Positions 30,857 through 42,002 are shown, counted from the stretch's first letter. The stretch is 64,000 bases of DNA from Candidatus Doriopsillibacter californiensis (GCA_030386295.1 JANQAO010000002.1:186868-250867); one strand, 5' to 3'. Notes: generated from the letters alone by a model not told the origin. A program made the numbers and translations.

Positions 30857-31750
30857 ATGGCAAACACATTTTTATCAGACAAAACTCGCGTCGGTTGCAT
30901 AGGACTAGGAATTATGGGTTTGCCTGCAGCAAAAAATCTACAACGCGCTGGCTATACGGTTTCGGCATACGCCCGCCGTCCAGAATCCACAAAAACATTA
31001 GGAGGCACTGTTGCATCGTATAGCTCTCCAAAAGAACTGGGCGCGGTTTGTGATGTGGTAGTTATTAACGTGTCGGACACGCCAGACGTTGAAGAAGTCA
31101 CTTTGGGGAAAAACGGCTTGGTACACGGGATGAAACCGGGTAGCGCAATTATTGACATGTCCACTATTTCACCGGCAACGACGCGTCATGTTGCCGAGAA
31201 ACTGGCAGAAAAAGACATTACTTTTTTAGACGCGCCGGTTTCCGGTGGCCAAAAAGGCGCCATAGACGGAACGCTAACAATTATGGTCGGTGGCAGTGTA
31301 GACATGTTTACCAAAGCGCAACCACTACTTGCAGCAATGGGAAAAACCATCACTCATATTGGCACCAGTGGTGCCGGACAAGTAGCTAAGGCATGCAATC
31401 AGATTATTATTGGTGCTACCATTGAAGGTGTTGCCGAAGCCATGGTGTTGGCACAAAAAAACGGAGTGGATGCTGCTGCCGTGCGAGAGGCGTTGCTGGG
31501 TGGCTTTGCCGGTAGTAAAGTGTTGGAAATGCACGCACCGCGTATGCTACATAATAATTTTACACCTGGATTCAAATCTGTATTACACGAAAAAGACATG
31601 AAAATTGCGCTAACCAACGGTGGCGAAAATAACTTATCGTTACCTGCTGCAGAACTGTTTTTACAGCGTCTACAAGCCCTCATTGCGTTGGGTGGCGGTG
31701 ACTTGGACTCAACCGCCATATATAAAGTTATCACCGGCGAAAAACCGTAA
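30857..31750 (+). CDS. NAD(P)-dependent 3-hydroxyacid dehydrogenase (2-hydroxy-3-oxopropionate / 3-hydroxyisobutyrate reductase family)
   Basis: GCIGLGIMG Rossmann motif, DAPVSGG, and the catalytic Lys region GAGQVAKACNQ. Confidence 0.8.
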   Translation: MANTFLSDKTRVGCIGLGIMGLPAAKNLQRAGYTVSAYARRPESTKTLGGTVASYSSPKELGAVCDVVVINVSDTPDVEEVTLGKNGLVHGMKPGSAIIDMSTISPATTRHVAEKLAEKDITFLDAPVSGGQKGAIDGTLTIMVGGSVDMFTKAQPLLAAMGKTITHIGTSGAGQVAKACNQIIIGATIEGVAEAMVLAQKNGVDAAAVREALLGGFAGSKVLEMHAPRMLHNNFTPGFKSVLHEKDMKIALTNGGENNLSLPAAELFLQRLQALIALGGGDLDSTAIYKVITGEKP

Positions 31751-31842
31751 CGCCATAACGCTTCACAGCACATTTTTTCTCAGCCGCGTCAAAGTGCAAT
31801 GTTAGAATAGAAGGATTGTTAATCTATAAAAAAACTAAATAT

Positions 31843-32256
31843 ATGAGCGAAAAAACCCTTTCCATTATCAAACCGGATGCCGTTCTAAAAAACAAAATCG
31901 GTGCTATTATTTCCCGCTTTGAGGACAACAACCTGAAAGTTATTGCCGCACAAATGCTCATGCTGTCACGCGAACAAGCTGGCGCATTTTATTCTGTTCA
32001 CAAAGAGCGCCCTTTTTATCAAGGTTTGCTAGACTTTATGACTTCCGGTCCAGTGCTAGTAATGACGCTGGAAGGCAACAATGCCATTACCAAAAACCGC
32101 GAACTCATGGGTGCCACTGATCCCGCTAAAGCCGATACTGGAACCATTCGCGCCGATTTTGCCGACAATGTTGAAGCCAACGCTGTACACGGCTCCGACT
32201 CTCCAGAAACGGCAGCTACTGAAATAGCCTTTTTCTTTCCGAATTTAGGTGGCTAA
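31843..32256 (+). CDS. ndk: Nucleoside diphosphate kinase
   Basis: [10 protein letters not shown]...[11 protein letters not shown] at 31843. Confidence 0.95.
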   Translation: MSEKTLSIIKPDAVLKNKIGAIISRFEDNNLKVIAAQMLMLSREQAGAFYSVHKERPFYQGLLDFMTSGPVLVMTLEGNNAITKNRELMGATDPAKADTGTIRADFADNVEANAVHGSDSPETAATEIAFFFPNLGG

Positions 32257-33322
32257 ATCGCATAATTTGCTCAACTATGATCGCGTCGCCATGGCCGATT
32301 TTTTTGAGCAACAGGGAGAGAAAGCCTATCGTGCTACGCAAGTTTTTCGTCGACTACATCACGATAGCCCGCAATCAACGGATATTTTTTGCGATCTGCC
32401 GACGGCGTTACGCACCAAGCTAGCGCAGACTACGAGTTATCCTAACTTGCCACTGGCGTCCGATCATGTCGCCACTGATGGCGTTTGCAAACTACTATTT
32501 GACGTAGGTGGTGACCGCATAGAAACGGTGATTATCCCCGAATCCAACCGTACAACATTGTGCGTTTCATCCCAAGTGGGTTGTGCACTGGCTTGCCGTT
32601 TCTGTCTAACTGGTAAACAGGGTTTTTCCCGCAATTTGAGTACCGCTGAAATTATCAGTCAACTACGCCAAGCCAACCGTTTGCTACCCCCAGGAAAAAA
32701 AATTACCAACGTAGTATTTATGGGTATGGGCGAGCCACTACTTAATTTAGATGCAGTACTATCAGCGTTGAAGATAATGATTGACACTCACGGCTATGCT
32801 CTGCCACCGCGCCGAGTAACGGTTTCCACTGCCGGAGTAGTGCCAGCAATGGCTCGGCTAGCAACACTTCCAGTGGCATTGGCGGTGTCGTTACATGCTC
32901 CAACTGACACACTACGTGATGAAATCATGCCAATCAACCGCAAATATCCACTAGACACATTGATGGCGGCTTGTCACCGCCATATACTCAATCGCTCACG
33001 TGCTTTTATAACTTTTGAGTACGTGATGCTGGATGGCGTCAATGATAGTGTTGCTTGCGCCCGTGCGCTTATCCGCCTGTTGCACGGCTTGCGCTGCAAA
33101 GTGAATTTAATACCTTTTAATATTTTCCCTGATACACCTTATCAACCATCACCATATGAAGCAATTGACCGTTTTCGTGATGTACTCATGCGTGGCGGAG
33201 TGATGACCACTGTTCGCAAAACGCGCGGTAATGACATTCTCGCCGCCTGTGGTCAATTAGCGGGTAGTGTGCAAGCACGAACGATGGGTTTGGGTAGCGA
33301 AAAGCCACTGTTGCGCGCATGA
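32249..33322 (+). CDS. rlmN: 23S rRNA/tRNA A2503 C2-methyltransferase, radical SAM
   Basis: [18 protein letters not shown] radical-SAM cluster motif. The N-terminus aligns with RlmN ([14 protein letters not shown]), which implies the GTG start at 32249. Confidence 0.9.
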   Translation: MAKSHNLLNYDRVAMADFFEQQGEKAYRATQVFRRLHHDSPQSTDIFCDLPTALRTKLAQTTSYPNLPLASDHVATDGVCKLLFDVGGDRIETVIIPESNRTTLCVSSQVGCALACRFCLTGKQGFSRNLSTAEIISQLRQANRLLPPGKKITNVVFMGMGEPLLNLDAVLSALKIMIDTHGYALPPRRVTVSTAGVVPAMARLATLPVALAVSLHAPTDTLRDEIMPINRKYPLDTLMAACHRHILNRSRAFITFEYVMLDGVNDSVACARALIRLLHGLRCKVNLIPFNIFPDTPYQPSPYEAIDRFRDVLMRGGVMTTVRKTRGNDILAACGQLAGSVQARTMGLGSEKPLLRA

Positions 33323-34542
33323 AAAGTACTACCCGCCACCACACACAACCGGTGAATGTTGACGGTGTTACTATCGGCGGTGGCGCACCAATAGTAGTGC
33401 AAGCAATGACCGACACCGACACCGCTAATGCCAAAGCCACAGCTGACCAGTGTTCGGCTTTAGCCAATGCTGGTGCCGAATTGGTACGCATTACCGTTAA
33501 CAACCCGCGTGCTGCACAAGCTGTTCCAGAAATTCGAGCATTGCTAGATGACAGAGGTGTTACCGTTCCGCTTATTGGTGATTTTCATTTTAATGGTCAC
33601 AAATTACTTGAGCAATACCCTGATTGCGCACGCGTGCTGGCAAAGTACCGCATTAATCCGGGCAATGTAGGACGTGGTGAAAAACATGATTCACAATTTG
33701 CCGCCATTATTAAAAAAGCACTGAAATATGGCAAACCTGTACGTATCGGCGTTAATTGGGGCAGTCTAGACCAAGATTTGCTGGTGCGGTTGATGGAAGA
33801 AAATTCCCGCCGAGTTTCGCCGCTAGATGCCGCCGCCGTACTGCGTGAAGCACTGGTGCAATCGGCATTGCTGTCGGCGAAAATGGCAGAAGAAATGGGC
33901 ATGACCACGCAACAAATTGTCATTTCGTGCAAAACTAGCCGCATTCCTGATTTGCTGACTGTGTACCAACAACTGGCAAACAATTGTGATTATGCGCTAC
34001 ATTTAGGTCTTACTGAAGCGGGGATGGGACTGCGTGGCATCACCGCCACCGCTGCTGCACTGGCGGTACTATTGCACGGTGGCATTGGCGATACTATCCG
34101 CGCTTCTTTGACACCGACACCAAATGGCGCCCGTGAGGACGAAGCTCGGTTATGTTGTAATTTGCTGCAAACTATGAATTTTCGTGCGTTTTCACCACAA
34201 GTTACTGCCTGCCCAGGGTGCGGGCGCACGACCAGCGACTTTTTCCGACGACTGGCTGCGGAGGTAGAATCACATGTAGCAACACGCCTACCACATTGGA
34301 AAAAACGCTATCCGGGCGTAGAAAATCTTAATATTGCCGTTATGGGCTGCATAGTCAACGGTCCCGGTGAATCTAAACACGCCGACATTGGTATTTCATT
34401 GCCCGGCAGTGGCGAGCATCCGGTAGCACCGATTTACATAGACGGCAAAAAATTCACCGCACTCAAAGGCGATTCCATTCCTGCCGACTTTATCAGTATT
34501 GTAGAATCCTATATAGAAAAACGTTTTCAGGCCGCACCGTAA
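33319..34542 (+). CDS. ispG: HMBPP synthase
   Basis: GcpE motifs ([28 protein letters not shown]). Confidence 0.95.
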   Translation: MKSTTRHHTQPVNVDGVTIGGGAPIVVQAMTDTDTANAKATADQCSALANAGAELVRITVNNPRAAQAVPEIRALLDDRGVTVPLIGDFHFNGHKLLEQYPDCARVLAKYRINPGNVGRGEKHDSQFAAIIKKALKYGKPVRIGVNWGSLDQDLLVRLMEENSRRVSPLDAAAVLREALVQSALLSAKMAEEMGMTTQQIVISCKTSRIPDLLTVYQQLANNCDYALHLGLTEAGMGLRGITATAAALAVLLHGGIGDTIRASLTPTPNGAREDEARLCCNLLQTMNFRAFSPQVTACPGCGRTTSDFFRRLAAEVESHVATRLPHWKKRYPGVENLNIAVMGCIVNGPGESKHADIGISLPGSGEHPVAPIYIDGKKFTALKGDSIPADFISIVESYIEKRFQAAP

Positions 34543-35031
34543 TTACAATTTTTTCCCGACTTCCAAATCTTGGCGCAGTCTCCATATAATTTTTGCAATT
34601 TTTTCGCGCTTGTTGAGCGGCGCATTTTGTTGAGCTCGCGCCAACCAGTACAACGCTTTCTCATCATCGCGCTTTACCGATTCACCCAAGTGATAACGGT
34701 TAGCTAATCGAATCTGCTCTTTCCAATCGCCATTTTCGGCACGGGCAATATGATTCGCTATGATATGTGAAGAACTAGGAAAATGATCCATATGCCGCTC
34801 GTTGCCAGTAAGCAAAAATTTCATACCACTACCCGCCTCATTTAGAAAATAAAATAAGGCAATCCACGGTCGACTCACGGCAATATTGTCACCGATACGA
34901 ATAAGACGCAATTGATTTATCGTTTGTGGATAATCGTGTACGGAGGACAAAATTAATCCAGTTCCAGAAAAAACTGCTGTTGCCAGAAAGAAACGAATCA
35001 AGAAAATCTTCTTGCGTGATGCTATTTTCAT
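34543..35031 (-). CDS. Small membrane-anchored protein with one Sel1-like repeat
   Basis: N-terminal TM segment, and a C-terminal segment LANRYHLGESVKRDDEKALYWLARAQQ that resembles a Sel1/TPR-like repeat. Confidence 0.4.
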   Translation of the reverse strand: MKIASRKKIFLIRFFLATAVFSGTGLILSSVHDYPQTINQLRLIRIGDNIAVSRPWIALFYFLNEAGSGMKFLLTGNERHMDHFPSSSHIIANHIARAENGDWKEQIRLANRYHLGESVKRDDEKALYWLARAQQNAPLNKREKIAKIIWRLRQDLEVGKKL

Positions 35032-35061
35032 AATATTGCTATTTTTTATAAAACAGGTAGG

Positions 35062-35628
35062 TTAGCGACTAAAAGAACGCTCCCGACCGCGCAATAAATC
35101 AGCAATATTTCGCCAATGGCGAACAATAACCAGTGCAGCTACGCCGCAACCCGCCCATGCAATTATTAAAGGCGTCCACATTATTAGCATGACGACACCA
35201 GTAAGCATAGCGGCAATGGAAGCCAGCGCTGACGTGCGGCACAAAACAAAAACCAACGCCCACGCAACCAACGACACGATACCCGCCAACCAATACCAAG
35301 CACAAAAAACTCCCAATGCGGTGGCTACTCCTTTACCTCCTTTAAAGCGCAAAAATATAGAAAACACATGTCCCACCACTGCCATGCCGCCAGCTAATGC
35401 CGCCATAATAGAAGAATCGGCGAGCACTACCAAAACAGCGCCTTTACCGAAGTCGGCTAGTAGTGTTAAAACAGTGGCCGCTTTATTGCCGCTACGCGCG
35501 ACATTAGTCGCTCCCGGATTACCAGAGCCATAATGCCGTGGATCAGGCACTCCAAAGACACGCGCGATAACAACGGCAAAAGGCACAGCCCCCAAAAAGT
35601 AAGCCGCCACGATAACTGTTGCGGTCAT
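35062..35628 (-). CDS. plsY: Acyl-phosphate:glycerol-3-phosphate acyltransferase
   Basis: GSGNPGATNVARSG motif and a polytopic profile. ATG at 35628. Confidence 0.9.
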   Translation of the reverse strand: MTATVIVAAYFLGAVPFAVVIARVFGVPDPRHYGSGNPGATNVARSGNKAATVLTLLADFGKGAVLVVLADSSIMAALAGGMAVVGHVFSIFLRFKGGKGVATALGVFCAWYWLAGIVSLVAWALVFVLCRTSALASIAAMLTGVVMLIMWTPLIIAWAGCGVAALVIVRHWRNIADLLRGRERSFSR

Positions 35629-35664
35629 AAGAAAATAGGGTTTAATAACGGCATCGCACATATT

Positions 35665-36033
35665 ATGCCGACAAATAACAACGATTGCCAAGCCGACTAC
35701 CGCATTATCATTAAAGGATTACGGCTATCCTGCACCATCGGCATTGATATGGCAGAAACGGGAGTTTCCCAACAAGTACTGCTAGACGTGATTATTATTC
35801 CTTCTACTAAGTCCAATGACGACGTTCCAGCGGTTGATTACGCAGTAGTTGCGCAGCGGCTGCGAGAGTTTTCCACTAGCAAGACGCACGGGTTACTGGA
35901 AACTTTTGTTAATGAATCGGCAGCATTTATTATGAAAGAATTCGCCACTGTTGAAGTACGAATTTATTGTCGTAAACCGCATATTGCATCCGATTTGGAG
36001 GAAGTCGGAGTAGAAGTGATAAAACGACGTTAG
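35665..36033 (+). CDS. folB: Dihydroneopterin aldolase
   Basis: 122 aa (IIKGLRLSCTIGI...VLLDV...) divergent from plsY, as in E. coli ygiH-folB. ATG chosen at 35665. Confidence 0.7.
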   Translation: MPTNNNDCQADYRIIIKGLRLSCTIGIDMAETGVSQQVLLDVIIIPSTKSNDDVPAVDYAVVAQRLREFSTSKTHGLLETFVNESAAFIMKEFATVEVRIYCRKPHIASDLEEVGVEVIKRR

Positions 36034-36944
36034 CCGCGCGGGTGATGGTGTTGATGCAGGTCGGCTAAGCGCTTGGCAGCAATGTGCGTATAAATTTGCG
36101 TGGTGGAAATGCTGGCGTGTCCGAGCATCAGCTGTATGGCGCGCAAATCGGCGCCGTGATTGAGCAAATGTGTAGCAAAGGCGTGACGTAGCGTGTGTGG
36201 TGACAGCGAGCGAATACCAGCAACTACAGCATAACGCTTGATTAATAACCAAAACATCTGTCGGCTCATTGCAGCACTACGGTTAGTCAAAAATAGCGCA
36301 TCGCTGGGGCGGCGCAGCAACTGCGGACGGGCTTTGTGTAAATACCGTTCTAACAGGTCACTGGCGGTATTGTTAAGCGGTACAATACGCTCACGTTTCC
36401 CCTTGCCTATTATTTGCACTCCCCCCATGTCTAAACGCAACGCATCCATTGGCATAGACACCAGTTCGCTTACTCGCAAACCACAAGCATACATCAATTC
36501 CAACATAGCACGATCGCGCAAACCAGCAACAGTGTCTGTGTTAGGCGCGTCCAACAACGCTTCCACTTCTTTTTCATTGAGTAATTTAGGCAGTGGTCGC
36601 AATCGTTGTGGCTGTCGCAAATGCACCGTTGGGTCATCAGAGCGAACACCAGCAAGTAAGAGATGACGATACAATCGCCGTGCAGCCGACAACGCCCGCC
36701 CTGCCGATGCTGGGCTTTTGCCGGCGACCATCAGAGCACTTTGATAAGCGGTAAGATGTTGCGTACACGCTTGTCGCAAGCTGACATTATCTCGCTGCAG
36801 ATAGTTCGCTAACGCGCGTAAATCGCTGAGATAAGCACTTACAGTTTTGTCACTACAACCATCAACAAAAAGCAGCTGATAAGAAAAAGTTTCCAGCACT
36901 GCACAACTGTCGGCAATGGTAGCCGCCAAATTTCCCACCATCAC
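36030..36944 (-). CDS. xerD: Tyrosine recombinase XerD
   Basis: R..HxxR..Y catalytic set (LRHAFATHLL..., LGHASISTTQIYTH) and an XerD-type N-terminal domain. Confidence 0.9.
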   Translation of the reverse strand: MMVGNLAATIADSCAVLETFSYQLLFVDGCSDKTVSAYLSDLRALANYLQRDNVSLRQACTQHLTAYQSALMVAGKSPASAGRALSAARRLYRHLLLAGVRSDDPTVHLRQPQRLRPLPKLLNEKEVEALLDAPNTDTVAGLRDRAMLELMYACGLRVSELVSMPMDALRLDMGGVQIIGKGKRERIVPLNNTASDLLERYLHKARPQLLRRPSDALFLTNRSAAMSRQMFWLLIKRYAVVAGIRSLSPHTLRHAFATHLLNHGADLRAIQLMLGHASISTTQIYTHIAAKRLADLHQHHHPRG

Positions 36945-37448
36945 TTAAACGGTAACGCCCTCGTGCCGAAGCAACGCTTGCTTGAGGTGAATATTTAATC
37001 GATGGTTACGATTGTCTCCCATAAACCCGCCAAGTCCATCTTGCGCGACCACACGATGGCAGGGAACGAGTAACGGTAGACGATTGGCGCGGCAAGCACC
37101 GCCAACAGCGCGCGGTGCAGAATGGATATATTTGGCCACATCACCATAAGTTTGCGTTTCCCCACCGGCTAAATTTTGCAATACCTTACGCACACGCTCT
37201 TGAAACGGAGTGCAGGCAGCATGTAGTGGCAAATCAAATTGGTGTCCACGCGGGCGCCGTAGCCAAGCTTTGATTTGTCGTGCAGCTTCTTCCGCCAGAG
37301 CATTTTGAGGTGGCAACGGTGCTGTTTTGCCGAATAAATAATCACTTTCAATGATACCGTACTCATCACAGCGTACTGCCAGCACGCATTCCAAAATGGG
37401 AATTTTTAACTGCCATCGCGGCTTAGCATTATGGGAAACGGCTGTCAT
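36945..37448 (-). CDS. ogt: Methylated-DNA--protein-cysteine methyltransferase
   Basis: Active-site PCHRVV. Start chosen at MTAVSHN (37448). Confidence 0.85.
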   Translation of the reverse strand: MTAVSHNAKPRWQLKIPILECVLAVRCDEYGIIESDYLFGKTAPLPPQNALAEEAARQIKAWLRRPRGHQFDLPLHAACTPFQERVRKVLQNLAGGETQTYGDVAKYIHSAPRAVGGACRANRLPLLVPCHRVVAQDGLGGFMGDNRNHRLNIHLKQALLRHEGVTV

Positions 37449-37449
37449 A

Positions 37450-37901
37450 TCAATTGGAGGTACCGGCAATCAACCTCGACCAATTATGGTCGGCACTATC
37501 AATGTAGGCATTGATTTTCCACTCCCAACGCTTTCGGGTGGGAGGTTGTAGTTGAAATACAATTTGCCATTGTGCACCGTCCACTCTTCCGGATCGCAAA
37601 ACGCCAGCGCGTTTTGCGCAGCGGCATAAGCACAATAACCACCATAATAAGGCACATAGTTAGCAGGCGCGGTAATAAACATATCACGATTTTTACTACT
37701 AGGAAAATGCCATGTTATATTGCCATAATCAGCCGAAAATTCGGTTAGCCCGCGCACTGCTTGCTTGTCGGTAAAATACGCCACCACATCATAACTGTCA
37801 GCGCCCAAATCGCTGGGATAAGGGTACCATAGATAATCATCAGCACGAGCAGTAAGTGCTAACAAACAAGTTATTAATACAATCGTCGCTGTTTTCATCA
37901 T
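37450..37901 (-). pseudogene. YHS-domain periplasmic protein, reading frame broken near the 3' end (frameshift or sequencing error)
   Basis: Signal peptide plus YDVVAYF...YYGGYCAYA...GKLYFNYN in one frame. The expected family C-terminus RKRWEWKINAYIDSADHNW is encoded in another frame (ORF 37450..37635). The switch lies near 37536-37547. Confidence 0.45.
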
Positions 37902-38138
37902 TAAATATTATTACTTTGCACTCTAACACAGCTTTTACTTATTGACAGCATAACTGGTTAATTTATGTGACCATGTCTCAATTACCTTCTGCCCACCACT
38001 TCGTTGGTCAATTACCACCGTAATCTCACTACCTATTTGTTACCGATTATTAAGTTATATCATGGGACGACAGTAGCAAAAAAATAATCCCAATGCTCAT
38101 GTCAGCAACTCTCCACCAACCTAATTTTTATCTGATTA

Positions 38139-38792
38139 CTAACGCGCTAGCTTGTTGAAAAATGATGTGCACATGCTCAATGCCAGCCAGTAAAGCACTA
38201 GCCCTGACGGCATAGAATAAATAAGCATAAAAATTACCACGGCAATAAACATAAATTTTCTTTGCGCTGCCAAGTTATCCGCATAAAAAAAATAAGCGTC
38301 GGCAACACTCCATAGCAATACCATAAACGGCAATAGGTTGACCGCAATATCTCCCATAGACAAAAAATCATCCGGCAACGACAAGTCAGCAATCATGCCA
38401 AAGCTTTTTCCCTGCAACGTATCACCGTCAATAAACAACAAAACAGCACTTATCAAAAATGGCAACTGGAACAAAAATGAGGCCCCCGACAATATGTTAT
38501 ATGCAGGATGAAACCCGTGGTGCAAATAAATGGCATCGGTTGCCTCAAAAAATTTCTCGCCTTTTAGTGTGCTATCTAATGCGCTAATGTCTTCTCGTGC
38601 CCGCCTATTTTTTTCGGCAATACGTACCTCCAACCGCCGACCGTATTGCTGAATTGGCCGAGAAATTATGGCAAACGTTGCTGCCAAAAGTAACACTCCC
38701 ACACCAACAGAGCCAGAAAAATCGGCATACATCGCAAATATTTTTTCCATCAAAAAAGTAATCGGCCACAATGGCACACGCAAAATATCCAT
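38139..38792 (-). CDS. Small YidC/Oxa1-like membrane protein
   Basis: 217 aa and about 5 TM segments. After TM1 comes a basic amphipathic segment (RPIQQYGRRLEVRIAEKNRRAREDI), as in short YidC-type insertases. Assignment is tentative. Confidence 0.45.
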   Translation of the reverse strand: MDILRVPLWPITFLMEKIFAMYADFSGSVGVGVLLLAATFAIISRPIQQYGRRLEVRIAEKNRRAREDISALDSTLKGEKFFEATDAIYLHHGFHPAYNILSGASFLFQLPFLISAVLLFIDGDTLQGKSFGMIADLSLPDDFLSMGDIAVNLLPFMVLLWSVADAYFFYADNLAAQRKFMFIAVVIFMLIYSMPSGLVLYWLALSMCTSFFNKLAR

Positions 38793-38797
38793 TGCGC

Positions 38798-40213
38798 TTA
38801 TTTGCGAAATTCAAGATAATATAATTGTCTGCTTCCTCCTTTGACTACCAACGACTCTCTGATGGTAAAGCGTTTTTTTAATTCCGCCTCAAAAGCTGCA
38901 AGATTATAATCATCGTATTGCTCTTTCTTGTTTAATAGCAATTTTTTTGTCATTTCATCATCGCGTCCAACAAATTCGACAATGGCATCAGCACCTAAGT
39001 TATGCAGCCAGTCCAAAAACAGCGGCATTGGTATATTGGCGGCAATACGCAAGTGATGCACCAAAGCCAAACATAAAACTAGTTGTGGCTTTTGCCGCGC
39101 ATCAAACGCTGCCCGCTCTTTACCCGCCCATCCCTGATTGGGAGACATATTGGCCAAATTCATTACCAATGGCAAAATGTTGCCATTGGTGGTTTCTTTT
39201 TCTTTGACGTACATTCGCTCCACCGCTTCAATGTCGCTATCCACCGCCACTACAGTTTGAGCGTGCAGCGCGCACAATCTTGAAAAGTCTCCTGTGTTAG
39301 CCCCCAAATCCCATACTATCTGCCGCTGCTGCGTCGCTGCGTGGCGCGCTACAAACTCTCGCTTTGCCTGAATATCAGCATCTGCGTACGAATGCGTTTG
39401 CGCGTAATGTGACCAAGCACTATGCTGCTGCCCCGGTCGGAGTTTGCGTACTGTGTTGCGTACACCCTGCACCAACCCAAAAATCATTGCTTCCGACTGC
39501 GGTTTGACTTCCCGTTTTTGCGCCGGCGCCCGATCACGCTCGCGTTTGAGTATGGAGTTTTCTACAGAAGCTGGCAGATGCACGTGCGCCATCACACCGG
39601 ATTTAAAGCGTCGCCAGCCACCAAAATACTTTGCCGCCGTCGACGGCGAAATACCATCTAAATCGGCGCGCAACGAACCATTGAAATCTATATTTAAATG
39701 CGCTTTGAGCATCAGTGGATACAAAAAAAGCATACAAAATTGCCGGTATGCCAGCCACGGCTCTCCTGCTACCGCCGGCACGATAGACGGCACATCAATA
39801 AATATCGGCTTAGCTCCTTGCCACTGGATATTGTAAGGCGTCGCGTCTTTGATGGTCCAACTGTTTTGCATCGCCGTTTCCAGCAATTCCAGCTGTAATA
39901 GTGCCGCATCTTGCAACATAAAAAATGCCCACTCATACGGATAGGAAACAAAGGGCACCGGCGCATGCTCCACCACTTCCGCCCAACCATCAGCGCGCAC
40001 GGCAGCAGTATCGGCATCATCAACAGCATGAATTGTTTTTACTATTTTCCCAGCCGACACCCATTCCTGAAAAAATGGTTGCGTTATCAATTTAGCGCAG
40101 TGCGCGGCGGCAGTTTTGTCTAACCCGCGCAAAATACGTCCTTCTGCAGTTTGATATATCCGGTTAACTGGATCTCGGAATGAACCAGTATTTGCTATGG
40201 GTTTTGACGTCAC
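38798..40213 (-). CDS. Two-domain protein: unknown N-terminal ~290 aa plus C-terminal class I SAM-dependent methyltransferase
   Basis: SAM motif I VWDLGANTGDFS and post-I acidic VAVDSD. The N-terminal domain has no motifs I can name other than KDATPYNIQW...IFIDVPS. Confidence 0.6.
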   Translation of the reverse strand: MTSKPIANTGSFRDPVNRIYQTAEGRILRGLDKTAAAHCAKLITQPFFQEWVSAGKIVKTIHAVDDADTAAVRADGWAEVVEHAPVPFVSYPYEWAFFMLQDAALLQLELLETAMQNSWTIKDATPYNIQWQGAKPIFIDVPSIVPAVAGEPWLAYRQFCMLFLYPLMLKAHLNIDFNGSLRADLDGISPSTAAKYFGGWRRFKSGVMAHVHLPASVENSILKRERDRAPAQKREVKPQSEAMIFGLVQGVRNTVRKLRPGQQHSAWSHYAQTHSYADADIQAKREFVARHAATQQRQIVWDLGANTGDFSRLCALHAQTVVAVDSDIEAVERMYVKEKETTNGNILPLVMNLANMSPNQGWAGKERAAFDARQKPQLVLCLALVHHLRIAANIPMPLFLDWLHNLGADAIVEFVGRDDEMTKKLLLNKKEQYDDYNLAAFEAELKKRFTIRESLVVKGGSRQLYYLEFRK

Positions 40214-40373
40214 GATGCCGCGCTTACCTTTGCGGGAAACATCTTATACCTTACAGTAAGTAATAAATTTATTTTACGTGCTGTCATATTTGTTGAAATT
40301 GGAACAATCTCATTATAAAAAAACAACGCTAAGTTTAAGTTTTACCTAGCAAAACGCTATTGTCACTTGGACG

Positions 40374-42002
40374 TCACATTTGCTTGTAATTTGGGCCACC
40401 ACCGCCTTCCGGCGTTGTCCATTGAATATTTTGTGTCGGATCTTTAATATCGCAAGTTTTACAATGCACACAATTTTGCGCATTAATTACCAACTTTTTT
40501 TCGCCTGCTTCATCGTCCACATATTCGTACACGCCTGCAGGACAATAGTGTGCCTCAGGACCGGCGTATTGTTTCCAATTAACCTCCACCGCCCGTACCG
40601 GCTCGCGCAAGCGCAAATGCGCTGGTTGATCGGCTTCGTGATTCACACCAGAATACGCTAGATTGTCTAGCCGCGAAAAACTGAGCACCCCATCCGGCTT
40701 AGGATAATCAATCGGCTTGTGTTTTGCAGTCGTTTCTAATTGTGTATGGTCTGGTTTGTGTTTGAAAGTCCACGGTGCCCGCCCGCGCAAAACATAAGTG
40801 TCTAAAGCGGCGTTAGCCAAGCCTAAATATAAACCGCGACTAAATCCCGGGCGGATATTGCGAGCACGGCGCAATTCTTCACCAATCCAACTGTTACGCA
40901 CAGCGGTATCATAGTCGGTTATATCAGTAGCGACGTTGTCGCTTACCAGTGCGTCCATTGTTGCCTGTGCCGCCAGCATACCGCTTTTCATTGCCGTGTG
41001 CGCGCCTTTAATTTTGGGAACGTTTAACAATCCGGCGGCACAACCGACGATAAGCGCACCAGGCATAGACAGTTTAGGCAGACTTTGCCAGCCTCCTTCA
41101 TTGAGTGCTCGTGCCCCGTAAGCAATGCGCCGACCATCACGTAGCAACGAAGCAATTGCCTGATGATGCTTAAAACGTTGAAATTCTTCATATGGAGATA
41201 GGTAAGGATTGCGATAATCCAACCCGACAACAAACCCTAGTGCAATTTTGTTCGCTTCCAAATGATAAACAAAAGAACCACCATAAGTGTTGGTGGAAAG
41301 TGGCCAGCCGATGGAATGCAATACTCGCCCCGGCTCTGCAGCAGACGTTTCCCACAATTCTTTAATGCCGATAGCGTAAGTTTGCGGACAGCAACCATCG
41401 GTTAAATTATATTTTTTCATCACCAATTGCGTGAGCGAACCGCGACAACCTTCAGCAAAAATCGTACGGCGAGCGCGCAACTCTACACCAGGCTGATAGT
41501 TTGAACCTTTATCGCCATTTTTGAGTACGCCCATGTCACCGGTAACAACGCCGACTACCGTATTATTATCATCGTACAACACTTCCGCCGCAGCAAAGCC
41601 GGGAAAAATATCCACCCCCAATGTTTCAGCTTGCGCGCCCAGCCACGACACGACACGACCCAAACTGACAATATAATTTCCTTTATTACACATTTGCGGT
41701 GGTGGTGGTAATTTGAATTTCTTGTTTTCAGTAAGAAAACAAAATTCATCGTGCGTTACTGCTGTTTGCACTGGCGCACCTTTGTCGCGCCAGTCGGGTA
41801 TGAGTTCATCCAGAGCCCGCGTTTCTAAAACGGCACCAGCAAGAGTGTGGGCACCTACTTCGGCTCCTTTTTCTACGACACAAACACTGATATCCTGACC
41901 AGCCTTTTCGGCGCATTGTCGCAAATGAATAGCGGCAGCAAGCCCCGCCGGACCGGCACCGACAATAAGCACGTCAAACTCAAGCGTTTCGCGGACGGTC
42001 AC
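40374..42002 (-). CDS. Electron-transfer flavoprotein:ubiquinone oxidoreductase
   Basis: FAD motif DVLIVGAGPAGLAAA and the C-terminal 4Fe-4S region CVHCKTCDIKDP...WTTPEGGGGPNY. Confidence 0.95.
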   Translation of the reverse strand: MTVRETLEFDVLIVGAGPAGLAAAIHLRQCAEKAGQDISVCVVEKGAEVGAHTLAGAVLETRALDELIPDWRDKGAPVQTAVTHDEFCFLTENKKFKLPPPPQMCNKGNYIVSLGRVVSWLGAQAETLGVDIFPGFAAAEVLYDDNNTVVGVVTGDMGVLKNGDKGSNYQPGVELRARRTIFAEGCRGSLTQLVMKKYNLTDGCCPQTYAIGIKELWETSAAEPGRVLHSIGWPLSTNTYGGSFVYHLEANKIALGFVVGLDYRNPYLSPYEEFQRFKHHQAIASLLRDGRRIAYGARALNEGGWQSLPKLSMPGALIVGCAAGLLNVPKIKGAHTAMKSGMLAAQATMDALVSDNVATDITDYDTAVRNSWIGEELRRARNIRPGFSRGLYLGLANAALDTYVLRGRAPWTFKHKPDHTQLETTAKHKPIDYPKPDGVLSFSRLDNLAYSGVNHEADQPAHLRLREPVRAVEVNWKQYAGPEAHYCPAGVYEYVDDEAGEKKLVINAQNCVHCKTCDIKDPTQNIQWTTPEGGGGPNYKQM

